A stretch of 64,000 nt of DNA from a bacterium (GTDB lineage Bacteria; UBA10199; 2-02-FULL-44-16; JAAZCA01). The DNA lies in the NCBI GenBank assembly GCA_021810905.1, contig JAJZQH010000014.1, positions 12,369 through 76,368 on the forward strand. The letters are read 5' to 3'. The position numbers and the translations under genes are program-made. Below the pieces are notes generated by a model, which worked only from the letters and a program-made list of their open reading frames with translations, did not search any database and was not told where the DNA came from. Shown here piece after piece: positions 7,823-17,602 of this stretch. Every line of letters starts with the position of its first letter. The first letter of the stretch is position 1.

Positions 7823-10800
7823 TTACCGCGGAGTCACTAGGATGAAACGGGTGGAGGTTTCCTGCCAGGTGTCCAGCAGGCTGCGGGCTTGCGGGCTCTT
7901 TGTATCATTATAATAGTCAGTCAGGATCTCCCTGAGCGCATCTGTCTTGCCCGGTTCGTCCGCGAGAGATATTGCCGTCACGTCGGAATGCAGGCGCTCG
8001 CGCGCGCTGCCGTCCGGATCAAAGAGATATATCTCTCCGCCGGTCATGCCTGAGCCGACGCAGGGTCCGCATCTGCCGAGCACCACGCCAGTGCCGCCTG
8101 TCATGTATTCGAACGCGTATTTGCCGACCCCCTCGCAGATCAGCAGCGCGCCAGAGTTGCGCACTCCAAAGCGCTGGCCAGCCCTGCCGGCGATATAGAG
8201 ACGACCGCCTGTTGCACCGTATGCAGCGGAATTGCCGACGAGGTGTGGAGCGCAATCGCCTCCAACCCCGGCAGGCGGCGCAATCACGACGCTCGCATTG
8301 CCGCTCATCGCCTCTGCGACGCCGTCGTTTGCAAAGCCGTCGAGCCTTAGGGTCATGCCGTCCGTCGCGGCAAAGCCGAATCCATGTCCGGAATAGCCCT
8401 TGGCGTGGATCTCAATTCGTTCCGCGGTTTCTGCCACCCTCTCCCTTGATGGGAGAGGGAAGGGTGAGGGTGCATCCGATCTCAGCCTGGCTATTTCTCC
8501 TGCAAGCGTTGCGCCCACGGCGTGGTCGCCGTTGCAAAGCGATATGCGTATCGGCGCATTCCCGGCGCGTCCGTCGAACACGGCGCGGGCGGAAGAGAGG
8601 ATCTCGGCGTTCCTTGCGGATACGGCACGAAATTCCGTTTGAACACATCGTGCAGTGCGCGCCTCGCCATGGAAGTACATGAGCATATCCGTGAAATCGA
8701 GACGATCCCAGCGCGCCATACCTGATACGCGAGGTTTCAAGAGATCCACGCGGCCCACGAGTTCGCGCGGGTGTGTGAGGCCCAACGTAGCGAGTATGTT
8801 CCTTAAGTCGTCGCCCATGCATTCGAGATAGCGGATCACGCCGCTTTTTGCTTCATTATATCGATCCATCGCTGCTGCTTCATCGGGATGCACTCCCTTG
8901 AGATAGCCGCGCATGAAGCGTTTGTTCTGTTTTTCCTCGTCCTGCGTCGCGATGCCCACCGGGCAGTTGCCCTTGTTGCACCCACGGCAGAATATGCAGC
9001 ACTCGGCCACGAGGAGCGGCGTGCCTATGGAGACTTCATCGGCGCCGAGCGCGATGATCTTTGCCGCATCCATGCCGCACTTGATGCCGCCGTCCGCGCG
9101 CACGCGCACGCGCGAGCGGATTCCGTTTACGACAAGATATTGATGCAGCTCGGAGACGCCGCGTTCGATCGGCAGTCCCGCGTGCGAGATGCTGCCGGAG
9201 CTCGCGGCGCCGGTGCCGCCCTCAAAGCCGCTCACCACGATCACGTCGGCGCCTGCCTTTGCAACTCCAACGCCGATCGTCCCGAGATTTGTGACCGATG
9301 GAACCTTGACCGACACGATTGCTTCAGGATGCAGCTCGCGGAGATTGGTGATCAGCTGTGCAAGATCCTCGATGCTGTAGATGTCATGATGCGGGGGAGG
9401 GCTGATGAGATCCACGCCAGGCTTCGTCTTTCTGATGCGCGCGATTTCCTCGGTGACTTTTCTGCCGGGCAGGTGGCCGCCCTCGCCGGGCTTGGCGCCC
9501 TGGCCGATCTTTATCTCGATCTCGTCCGCGTGTACGAGATACGTGGCGTCCACGCCGAACCTGCCGGACGCGATCTGGCGGATCCTGCTGCGATCGGAGG
9601 CCCACTCGCCGTCCTGGTTTCGACGCTCGTCTTCTCCGCCCTCGCCGGAGCATGAGGCTGCATCGAAGTGGTTGAAGGCCGACGCTATGGCGCGATGTGC
9701 CGTCGAGTTGAGCGCACCGTGCGACATGGCTGCCCCGCGTATCGTACTCCTTACGATCTCTCTTGTGTCCGCGACTTTTTCGAGATGCGGCGGCATGTCG
9801 CTTTTTTTGAATTCGAGCATGTCGCGCAGATATACGGGAGGTGTATCTTCAAGCAGTTTCACGAACCGGTCGTAGTCGCCGTTTGAATTTCCGTTGCGCG
9901 CAACGAGCTGGAGCGCGTCTGTCACTTCCTTGCGATAGACCGTCATGTTTTTGTTTCGCGCTATGGCATTCGAACCGACGGCCGAGCGTGCGACTGTGTC
10001 CTCGTAGATGTCGTCCATGGTGATGCCGCCGAGCCGCGAGACCGTATCCGGGATGTAGTATTCGACGACATCCGAAGAGATGCCGATCGCCTCGAAGAGC
10101 GCCGAGCCGCGATAACCGGTGAGAGTCGTGATGCCCATCTTCGACATGATGCGCCTCAGCGTGTGCACAACCGACTTCACAACGTTGGCGTACGCTTCGT
10201 CAGGTGGGATATCGGAAAAAGTCGTGGCCAGGTGCAGCATGGCGTACGGGTTCACGGCCGTGGCGCCGTAGGAGAGCAGGATCGCACAATCGTGGCCTTC
10301 GTGCGTGCTGCCCGTCTCGGCAATGATGCTGGCAAAGCGCCGGAGGCCCCTAGCGGCGAGCGCCTGATGGATGGAGCTCACAACGAGCAGCATGGGAACC
10401 GGCGGCCTTTCGCCGCGCGTGGCGGCGTAATCCGTAACAACGAGTATCGACGCCTCCTTGGAGCGTATCACGCGCACGGCTTCGTCGGTGAGGTCGTGTA
10501 TCCTTCTCACGATTTCGCGCGGGCTGCCTTTGTCGACGAAAGTCGCGTCGATCTCGTGCGCCTTTAGTTCAGAGATATCTGATGAGAGGATCGCCTGCAT
10601 CTGATCGTTCGTCAGTATCGGGTGATCCAACTTATACTGCGGCCACGACATGTAATCGCTGCGCCTGCTGATGCGCGGCGAGCGGCCCAGGTACACCGTA
10701 GTATCTATGGCGCCGCCCTCGCGCAGCGGATCGATGGGCGGATTTGTGACGACAGCAACGATCTGGTGAAGGAAGCTGTAGAGCCTGGAATGGTTTTCGC

Positions 10801-12259
10801 TGAAGATCGCGAGCGGGCTGTCGTTGCCCATGCCGAGAATCGGCTCCTTGCCGCCCTTGATCATCTCGTGCAGTTGCTCGATGCGCTCCTTTGTCCAGCC
10901 GAACGCGTTGAGCGCGCGGATATCGAGCGGCTCGCTCTGCCTGCCTCTGCCGATGGGGAGCAGATCCACCGTGGCCAGGTTTTCGAAGTTGAGCCCGGTG
11001 CGATCTACGATCCATGCGGTCGCAGACTCAGGAGATATGAACTCGCCGTTCTCCACGTCGGCGATAAGCATTGCACCCGGCTCGAGCTGGCCATCGCACT
11101 CGATCTCCGAGGCTTCGAGCGGAACCGCACCGGCCTCGCTCGATACGATCACGCGATCGGATTTAGTCCTCACGTATCGTAGCGGCCGCAGTCCCATGCG
11201 GTCCATCGCCGCCGCGAGTATTTTTCCATCCGTGCCGAGGATCGCTATCGGTCCCTCCCACGCGCCCATGGTTCCGAGCGCGCGGCGATTCGCCTCGAAA
11301 AATCTGCGTTCGCGCTCGCCGAGCAGGTCTTCGTCCCAGGCGGGGGAGATCATCCTGCGCAGCGCCTCGTGGATGCCGGTGACGCCGTTGGCCACCATCA
11401 TCTCGGCCACGCGGTCGAGCTGCGCGGAATCGCTTCCGTGGTTCATGAGCGTGTTGCCGATGGCGAGCGCGCTGTCCGCGTCCTTGATGGCGCGGCAGTT
11501 TGCGGTGATCGTGTTGATCTCGCCGTTGTGCGCGATGTGCCGAAACGGCTGCACCAGATTCCAGTTGGAGAACGTGTTGGTAGAGAAGCGCCTGTGCGCC
11601 ACTATAACCCTCGTCTTGAACTCCGGATCGCGGAAGTCCTCATAGAATGACGCGAGTTGATCGGACTTAGCGAGCGCCTTGTAAACGGTTGTATGCGGAG
11701 CGAGCGAGACCACGTTGACTATGCCGGCGAGCTCGCGCTCTATGAGGACCTTCGCGTGGTGGAGCGCTTCAAAGAGCTGCGCCTCCCGCCTGTGGCCCTT
11801 GGCTGCGAGGAGCTGGAATATGATGGGTGCGTCTTCCCGCGCACGAGCGCCCAGTGCAGACGGATCAACCGGAGTCTTGCGCCAACCGAGCGGGGCGAGA
11901 CCCTCCCTGCGTATGATGAGGTCCATTTCGCGCGTGAGCTGCGGGATATTGCGCTCGCCGTGGAGGAAAAAGACCGTGCCCACGATGAGAGGTTCCTTTG
12001 CGCTCTGGAGGGAGCGTCCGTGCGCGATGAATCGCTCGAAGAAGGACCTCTCCGGCCGGAGGATCAGCCCCGCGCCGTCGCCCGTGTCTCCGAGCGAGCC
12101 GCCCCGGTGCTCCATGCGGATGAGCCCGTCCAGGGCCTGCCTGAGCAGTTCGTGGGAGGCCGGCGCAGCCAGATCGGCGATAGCGAGGATCGCGCATCCC
12201 CCGCGGCCGGGGTCGCCCTTGATTTCCTCGATGCGTTTTTTGTATTTTTTCGTATTCAT
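7823..12259 (-). CDS. gltB: Glutamate synthase large subunit
   Basis: Ntn Cys after the propeptide, HRRFSTNT, AHNGEINT, QIASGRFGV, IGQGAKPGEGGHLPG, 3Fe-4S Cys cluster, GXGXG domain; no gltD adjacent. Confidence 0.95.
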   Translation of the reverse strand: MNTKKYKKRIEEIKGDPGRGGCAILAIADLAAPASHELLRQALDGLIRMEHRGGSLGDTGDGAGLILRPERSFFERFIAHGRSLQSAKEPLIVGTVFFLHGERNIPQLTREMDLIIRREGLAPLGWRKTPVDPSALGARAREDAPIIFQLLAAKGHRREAQLFEALHHAKVLIERELAGIVNVVSLAPHTTVYKALAKSDQLASFYEDFRDPEFKTRVIVAHRRFSTNTFSNWNLVQPFRHIAHNGEINTITANCRAIKDADSALAIGNTLMNHGSDSAQLDRVAEMMVANGVTGIHEALRRMISPAWDEDLLGERERRFFEANRRALGTMGAWEGPIAILGTDGKILAAAMDRMGLRPLRYVRTKSDRVIVSSEAGAVPLEASEIECDGQLEPGAMLIADVENGEFISPESATAWIVDRTGLNFENLATVDLLPIGRGRQSEPLDIRALNAFGWTKERIEQLHEMIKGGKEPILGMGNDSPLAIFSENHSRLYSFLHQIVAVVTNPPIDPLREGGAIDTTVYLGRSPRISRRSDYMSWPQYKLDHPILTNDQMQAILSSDISELKAHEIDATFVDKGSPREIVRRIHDLTDEAVRVIRSKEASILVVTDYAATRGERPPVPMLLVVSSIHQALAARGLRRFASIIAETGSTHEGHDCAILLSYGATAVNPYAMLHLATTFSDIPPDEAYANVVKSVVHTLRRIMSKMGITTLTGYRGSALFEAIGISSDVVEYYIPDTVSRLGGITMDDIYEDTVARSAVGSNAIARNKNMTVYRKEVTDALQLVARNGNSNGDYDRFVKLLEDTPPVYLRDMLEFKKSDMPPHLEKVADTREIVRSTIRGAAMSHGALNSTAHRAIASAFNHFDAASCSGEGGEDERRNQDGEWASDRSRIRQIASGRFGVDATYLVHADEIEIKIGQGAKPGEGGHLPGRKVTEEIARIRKTKPGVDLISPPPHHDIYSIEDLAQLITNLRELHPEAIVSVKVPSVTNLGTIGVGVAKAGADVIVVSGFEGGTGAASSGSISHAGLPIERGVSELHQYLVVNGIRSRVRVRADGGIKCGMDAAKIIALGADEVSIGTPLLVAECCIFCRGCNKGNCPVGIATQDEEKQNKRFMRGYLKGVHPDEAAAMDRYNEAKSGVIRYLECMGDDLRNILATLGLTHPRELVGRVDLLKPRVSGMARWDRLDFTDMLMYFHGEARTARCVQTEFRAVSARNAEILSSARAVFDGRAGNAPIRISLCNGDHAVGATLAGEIARLRSDAPSPFPLPSRERVAETAERIEIHAKGYSGHGFGFAATDGMTLRLDGFANDGVAEAMSGNASVVIAPPAGVGGDCAPHLVGNSAAYGATGGRLYIAGRAGQRFGVRNSGALLICEGVGKYAFEYMTGGTGVVLGRCGPCVGSGMTGGEIYLFDPDGSARERLHSDVTAISLADEPGKTDALREILTDYYNDTKSPQARSLLDTWQETSTRFILVTPR
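8426..8472 (-). repeat. 47-bp palindromic REP-like element in frame inside gltB
   Basis: 45/47 identical to 43182-43228; encodes PSPFPLPSRERVAET. Confidence 0.85.
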
Positions 12260-12450
12260 GGTTCCTTGCGCAGTAGAAGCAGCTTTTCTCAGTGACGGGA
12301 GGATTGATGTCAAGACGAAATGCTTGCGAAGCAATCTTCTTTATGTCATATGCGCCAGACGTTTTGCCCAGTGACAACTTGATTGCGGGCTGTTCAAAAT
12401 GACCAGATGCAAGGCTCCCGATGGAGCCTGACTGAGATTCACTTGAAAGA

Positions 12451-12567
12451 GGGTTTCAGAAATAGTGCGAGACGAGGCAGGCTGAGGAGGCCGGCCGAGT
12501 CGTACTGTAAGTACGTCGCAGGCCGTGCCGACGAAGACAACGAAGTATCGCGCTATTTATGAAACCC
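12451..12567. repeat. Imperfect palindromic (MITE-like) element upstream of the tRNA
   Basis: GGGTTTCAGAAATAGTGCGA / TCGCGCTATTTATGAAACCC ends, central CGTAC-TGTAA-GTACG hairpin. Confidence 0.6.
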
Positions 12568-12573
12568 GACATT

Positions 12574-12647
12574 GGCGGGATAGCTCAGATGGTGAGAGCG
12601 AGGGATTCATAACCCCTAGGTCGACGGTTCGATCCCGTCTCCCGCCA
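12574..12647 (+). tRNA. tRNA-Met(CAT), probably elongator; CCA not encoded
   Basis: GGCGGGA/TCCCGCC acceptor stem, GCTC/GAGC D-stem, TT-CAT-AA loop, GACGG-TTCGATC-CCGTC T-arm. Confidence 0.95.
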
Positions 12648-12686
12648 CAAAATATTAAGGCGCCGTCAAGGCGCCTTAATATTTTG
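12648..12686 (+). terminator. Intrinsic terminator-like hairpin
   Basis: CAAAATATTAAGGCGCC-GTCAA-GGCGCCTTAATATTTTG. Confidence 0.7.
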
Positions 12687-12732
12687 CGAGCCCGCCGTCG
12701 CTTCAGTGGCGTGCCACCCATCGGAGTTCAGC

Positions 12733-13155
12733 ATGCACAGCATCCAGACGAAAATCCAGAAGATCATCATCGCGCGCTGCGAGCCTGGCGACGACCTATA
12801 TGTTTCACTTGACCAGCTCGTGCAGGAGAACGATGTGCGCTCCGGGTTTTTTCAGGTGATCGGCGCTGTGAGCCGCGCCAGGCTCGGCGTGTTCGAGCAC
12901 GGGAAATACGAGTGGATGGAACACGAAGGCTCGCTTGAAATTTCCTCCTGTACTGGTAATATCTCTATAAAGGATGGCAGGTCGTTAGTGCACGGTCATG
13001 CGGTGCTGACGGATCATAAGGGTACCGTACTCGGCGGCCACGTGGTCGAGGGGTGCATCGTCGACCCCACGGCTGAGATCCACCTCCACGTCCTTGAAGG
13101 CAGCGTGGAGCGCAGGCTCGATAAGAAGACTGGGCTATGGTTGTTGGATATCTGA
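12733..13155 (+). CDS. PPC/DUF296 domain protein
   Basis: IGAVS, LEISSCTGNI, VHGHAVL, GGHV motifs. Confidence 0.88.
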   Translation: MHSIQTKIQKIIIARCEPGDDLYVSLDQLVQENDVRSGFFQVIGAVSRARLGVFEHGKYEWMEHEGSLEISSCTGNISIKDGRSLVHGHAVLTDHKGTVLGGHVVEGCIVDPTAEIHLHVLEGSVERRLDKKTGLWLLDI

Positions 13156-13179
13156 GAGCGCTGACAAGGGGGATGAGAG

Positions 13180-13779
13180 ATGAGTGCAAATACGACGGAT
13201 CGCGGAAATAAAGATCTTGCGTCGGCAGACACCGCGACGAGCAAAAAAATACGGCAATCCGAAAGCGACGAAGTCCAACAGCGTCTGAATGATCTTTATG
13301 ATGGCCTGGCCGACGGAGTCATTATTCTGGATAAGAATTTCTGCATTATGTGGGCTAATAAGAAGTTTTTGATTGACGCCGGATTATCGCAGCAAGAGAT
13401 AATAGGCAGACATTGTTACGAGGTAACGCACGGAAGAGCAGAACAATGCTCCTCCCCTCTACACGAATGTCCGGTACTCTCGCTTATGCAATCCAATAAA
13501 TTGACGGAAACGGTCCACACGCATTACGACAGTGAAGGACGTGCACATTTCGTGGAAGTGACCGTCAATCCCGTCAGGGATTCCAACGGCGATATCGTCC
13601 GGTTTGTGCATATGACGAGGGATGTGACAGAGGTGGTCAAAACCAGGGAGACCCTTAAGCGCATGGAGGATCTCAACAAATTCATGTTTGAGAGGGAGGA
13701 GATGATCATCGCAATAAAAAAAGAGGTGAACGAGCTGTTGCAAAAACTGGGCAAACCGAGAAAATACGATATTACGTAA
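13180..13779 (+). CDS. Stand-alone PAS domain protein
   Basis: DGVIILD..IMWAN, IIGRHCYEVTHG..C....CP, PAC motif ending RDVTE, coiled-coil tail. Confidence 0.85.
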   Translation: MSANTTDRGNKDLASADTATSKKIRQSESDEVQQRLNDLYDGLADGVIILDKNFCIMWANKKFLIDAGLSQQEIIGRHCYEVTHGRAEQCSSPLHECPVLSLMQSNKLTETVHTHYDSEGRAHFVEVTVNPVRDSNGDIVRFVHMTRDVTEVVKTRETLKRMEDLNKFMFEREEMIIAIKKEVNELLQKLGKPRKYDIT

Positions 13780-13892
13780 CGTGGGAATGTGGAGAGGCAC
13801 AGGGTGTGAACAGGACGAACGCGCACTTTTCCTCCGTTATTTCCGGAAAATCCGCAATTTGCGCTCGATATCTGAATTTCCAAAAAAAACAC

Positions 13893-13919
13893 GCAACTAT
13901 TTCTTGAAATTGTCGACAA
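13893..13919 (+). promoter_or_regulatory. GCAACT-N13 motif, site 2
   Basis: GCAACT ATTTCTTGAAATT GTCGACAA, 33 nt before ATG 13953. Confidence 0.65.
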
Positions 13920-13952
13920 TGCGAGTGGATAGTGACGTCTGCGTGGAGAACC

Positions 13953-15806
13953 ATGATATTCGATAGAAACAGTGATTATGATGAAGTGCAGAGCCTCTTC
14001 CGCATTGCGGAGTGGTACGGTTTCCTCTATCGCGTTGAGGCGCGCGGGCTTGCTGAACTCAAGAAAGCGGCCATGCGCGTAGAGCCGCTCGATAAATACG
14101 ATCGTAATTTGCTTGAAAATGCATACAGAGCGCTCGTCAATCATCCTGAAGCTGAAATGGCACGTGCGCGCTGGAAGATTAAACGCGGCGGCCAGGCTGA
14201 AGCAGGAAACGGATTAACTCTCTGGCCCGTTGAAAGCAGCAGGGATACAGTGCCCGCATCCGGAGAAGTCTCCTCCTCCGAAGCCACGACGCAACCGCCG
14301 CCGCCTCCCGCCCCAGAAGCTGATACGCTGCCGCCTCCCGCTGCTGACGAAGCTGTTGAGTTTCCGCCGGCGACTCCCGTTCCCGCCGAGACCAGAGATT
14401 TGACTTCGAGAAAAGAAATGGAGGCGCAGTTGAGAGTGCTGGGGCCCGCCTTCTCGAAGACGGCGCGCATGGCGATATCTTTGTCAAAGGATTCGATATA
14501 TATTGAGTTCATACATCTTCACTTCGACGGGTTGTTCGCAAGGCTCTCCGCCCTGATCAATGCGTTGACGGATGATAAGACATCATCGTCTGTATCATTG
14601 GCTGACAGATTCATCACGCGCGCCAGCCAGGACATGAATACCGCCGGATTGCTAACCGAGTGCGATACAGGGGTCCTGCACTTCTTTGCAGCAGGCCTTT
14701 TGGCCGATATATCCATGGCGCTGGCAGAGTTTGAGGGAGAGGATGGTGAGCGGCTTTCTGCATTATCGCAGCTCGTGATATCCGCAAAACAGTCGGATGA
14801 ATTGTTGTCGGCGGCGCGTGCGCAGATACTTGAAGCGCATCTCCGCGCGCAACTGATATTGAACCCGTATCCAGATCCTGCAACGTTCAATACGGCTGAG
14901 CAAAACAACAGCCGTCCAAGAGACGGTACTCCGACCGTCGTGGCGCCTGCTGAGGTCAGTGCAGCTCCGGTCAGAAACGTTAGAGCCGACAGCCGTCGAG
15001 TCGAGGCCTATGACGTCGATGAAACAAGGGAGCGCTGTCTGGAACTGGTCAACAAGTTAGGCGTCGGCAGCACTGGCGCGCATATAATGCAGCGACACAA
15101 TCAGCTTCAACGGATACTGGGCGGCGCGTTTGATGTCGAACCTCTTTCCACGGTCTTCAGGCAGATAGTCCGCGATCTCGATATGATTGCGCGCATAGAC
15201 GATGCTCAGAGATTGCGTCCAGAGATATACGAAAGCGGCGAGAGCGCCGAGAATGGAATGAAGGCGTTTGATGGACTGGTGCAGAATGTCTGCAAGGAGA
15301 TAAAAGTTGCAGCCTTGATGATAAAAAAAGAGAGCGAAAATACAGCTGAAGACTTCGAAACCCTGGCGAAAGAAATATCAGATGACCTACAGGAGCTGTG
15401 GAAGGGGCGTTCAATAGTTGCGACTTTACGAATAAGAGAGATGGAGGAAGAGGTCAGAAGTCATCTTCTTGCAGAGTTCCAGAACGAAGGCCGTACAAAG
15501 TTCGATGAACTGCGCGCAAAGCTCATGGACGGGCATATCCGCGCTGCCTGCATCATCACTCCGGTCGATGTGCCGTCGGCAGGCGGGTCGGGCACGCCGG
15601 GCGGAGGCAATGCGGGTCCGGCTACATCGGCAGACGGCGATCCGGAGATAAGAGTTACTTATTCATCTGTTGAGCAGGGTGAAGACTCTTCCGCGGTTTC
15701 CGATGGCGATACGTTTGGGACCTCTTCCCTCGAATACCTCGACGCCGCCGGCGTACCGGCGGCGCAATTGGCTTCCTCTCAAGTTATCCTGTCCCCGGTT
15801 CTTTAA
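13953..15806 (+). CDS. Hypothetical helical protein with Pro-rich linkers and acidic C-terminal tail
   Basis: Long ORF, GGAG SD before ATG 13953, no recognisable family, no signal peptide. Confidence 0.75.
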   Translation: MIFDRNSDYDEVQSLFRIAEWYGFLYRVEARGLAELKKAAMRVEPLDKYDRNLLENAYRALVNHPEAEMARARWKIKRGGQAEAGNGLTLWPVESSRDTVPASGEVSSSEATTQPPPPPAPEADTLPPPAADEAVEFPPATPVPAETRDLTSRKEMEAQLRVLGPAFSKTARMAISLSKDSIYIEFIHLHFDGLFARLSALINALTDDKTSSSVSLADRFITRASQDMNTAGLLTECDTGVLHFFAAGLLADISMALAEFEGEDGERLSALSQLVISAKQSDELLSAARAQILEAHLRAQLILNPYPDPATFNTAEQNNSRPRDGTPTVVAPAEVSAAPVRNVRADSRRVEAYDVDETRERCLELVNKLGVGSTGAHIMQRHNQLQRILGGAFDVEPLSTVFRQIVRDLDMIARIDDAQRLRPEIYESGESAENGMKAFDGLVQNVCKEIKVAALMIKKESENTAEDFETLAKEISDDLQELWKGRSIVATLRIREMEEEVRSHLLAEFQNEGRTKFDELRAKLMDGHIRAACIITPVDVPSAGGSGTPGGGNAGPATSADGDPEIRVTYSSVEQGEDSSAVSDGDTFGTSSLEYLDAAGVPAAQLASSQVILSPVL

Positions 15807-17335
15807 CTGCAGGGTCCGGCAGCGCAATTTAAATCCATGTCGGAGATGATCGCTCGATAGGACGCATGACTGTCCAGATCCACCGTATTGAAGACCCTGC
15901 CGCTGGCGCCGTCCGCGACGATGGAGACGCCGGCATTCCTGGTCAAAGGCGCGGCCTGCGAGACATAGCTTGCCTGCGAACTCAGCGTTGAATCGTATTT
16001 GACCGTATACGCCTCGTAAGAAGTAGCTTCCGCGACAGTCGATCTGGAGCCGGTTGCATAGATGTCGCTGCCTGATATCGCTACCGAATTGAATACGTTG
16101 ACGTAGCCTGCCTCAGGCGGATGCTTGTACGTTGCATTGCCCACCGCAGACTGACTGATGGCCAGCGTCGAAATATCGATTTTCGCGATCAGGAGGTCTT
16201 GTTCGGTTCCGGCGGCGTTGAAGCTCGTCCCGGCGACTACGATCTCGTTGTTCTTCACGTCGATCCCCTGCAGGATGATGCCATCCGCCGTGTCTGCATA
16301 CGATTGCACAACGAGGGAGTCGTTGTATTTCGCCACGGTGCTCTTCGTTTCATGAACGGCCAGCGAGTTATAACCCACGACATAAATGTCGTCGTTGCTG
16401 TCGAGGCTGCACGATCGAAAACCCAGGTTCCTGCCGAGCTCGCCCAGGCCCGAGGTATGGACCTCGCATCCGGCGGCGGAACATTTTGCCAGCGCACCCT
16501 CCGCGCCGCCGTCGGTCGATCTAAATCCGCAGACGATCGCGTTGCCGCTGCTGTCCGCCCGGATGTCGCGCATCACCAGTTTCGACGTGTCGATCTTGAT
16601 ATAGGCCTTCTCCGAGAGATCGGTCGCATCGTACTCGATGACGTAGTACTCATTTACGCCCAGGGGAAAAGCGGCTGCTATCAGCTCGTATAAAACGTTG
16701 TCCCTGAAGACGGCCTTCACGACTTCAAGGGAGACGTAGGCCGCGTCGTCCTTCGTGGCCTCCCTGATGAGATTCCCGCTGTCGTCGTAGATTGCAGTCC
16801 TGGCAATTTTCCTGCCATCTGCGCTGATCTTGAACCCGGCGACGATCGCCTGGTCGCTGCCGTAAGGAAGGACATTGTTGAATCCCGCCGTCGCGGCCGC
16901 GCTTTCGAAATTTCCAAGGTCAGGGGTCCAGAAACTGGACTCGTACTTGTTCTCCATGGTCTCGCCGTTCGAACCCTGGACGCCCGAGATTGACACAGTG
17001 TACATCGTGTTTGCAGCGAAGTTTGCCTGAGGTGTGAGGAGCACGGTGTCGGCGTCGCTCAGAGAGGCGGCCAATGCCACGCCGTTTCCGCTTGCGTCGG
17101 AGATCGTGATCGAGGAGATCGACGAAGGGTTGACGGGCTTATCGAAATCAATGGTTACCTGCGAATCGAGTGCGACGATTGAGCCGTCCGACGGTCCAAC
17201 GTTCATGACGTTAATGGCCCCGGGCGTCGGCGGTGGTACGGGCGGTGTTGGCGATTCACCTGGATTAATGCCTGCGACACAGCTCGTGAGCAGGCTGAGT
17301 GAAAATATTAATGCCAGCAGCCTCGCGAATTTCAT
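15803..17335 (-). CDS. Lipoprotein with SbsA/Big_5 Ig-like domain and beta-propeller-like C-terminus
   Basis: Lipobox LLTSC; IDFDKPVNPSSI...LTP......NTMYTVSISGV; repeated IYVVG/IVVAG/IYATG blades. Confidence 0.8.
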   Translation of the reverse strand: MKFARLLALIFSLSLLTSCVAGINPGESPTPPVPPPTPGAINVMNVGPSDGSIVALDSQVTIDFDKPVNPSSISSITISDASGNGVALAASLSDADTVLLTPQANFAANTMYTVSISGVQGSNGETMENKYESSFWTPDLGNFESAAATAGFNNVLPYGSDQAIVAGFKISADGRKIARTAIYDDSGNLIREATKDDAAYVSLEVVKAVFRDNVLYELIAAAFPLGVNEYYVIEYDATDLSEKAYIKIDTSKLVMRDIRADSSGNAIVCGFRSTDGGAEGALAKCSAAGCEVHTSGLGELGRNLGFRSCSLDSNDDIYVVGYNSLAVHETKSTVAKYNDSLVVQSYADTADGIILQGIDVKNNEIVVAGTSFNAAGTEQDLLIAKIDISTLAISQSAVGNATYKHPPEAGYVNVFNSVAISGSDIYATGSRSTVAEATSYEAYTVKYDSTLSSQASYVSQAAPLTRNAGVSIVADGASGRVFNTVDLDSHASYRAIISDMDLNCAAGPCS

Positions 17336-17376
17336 CTCCTTCTCCTTTTCCAAATTGACCAGCACCACTATAAATA

Positions 17377-17392
17377 AGCATTTTTCGTGCCA
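17377..17392 (-). promoter_or_regulatory. Sigma-54 -24/-12 promoter
   Basis: TGGCAC GAAAA ATGCT upstream of the lipoprotein gene. Confidence 0.7.
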
Positions 17393-17602
17393 GTTCTGCT
17401 TCTAAAAAAGAATCGGAATTTTAGACGGTTATAATTTCAGAAGAGGGCTGGTGGGGTAATTTCGTCTGCAATCGTCAAGAAATTGCCATCGAACATGATA
17501 AATTTGGGTTTCCAGACACGGGTATCGGCTATTTACTTGTATTTCTGAGAGAATATGCTAGGCAGCCGCACCAGGAAAAATTCCTGAATATCAAGGGGTT
17601 TC

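Noticed and set aside
12574..17600. Island integrated at tRNA-Met
   Set aside because: No att direct repeat or recombinase found
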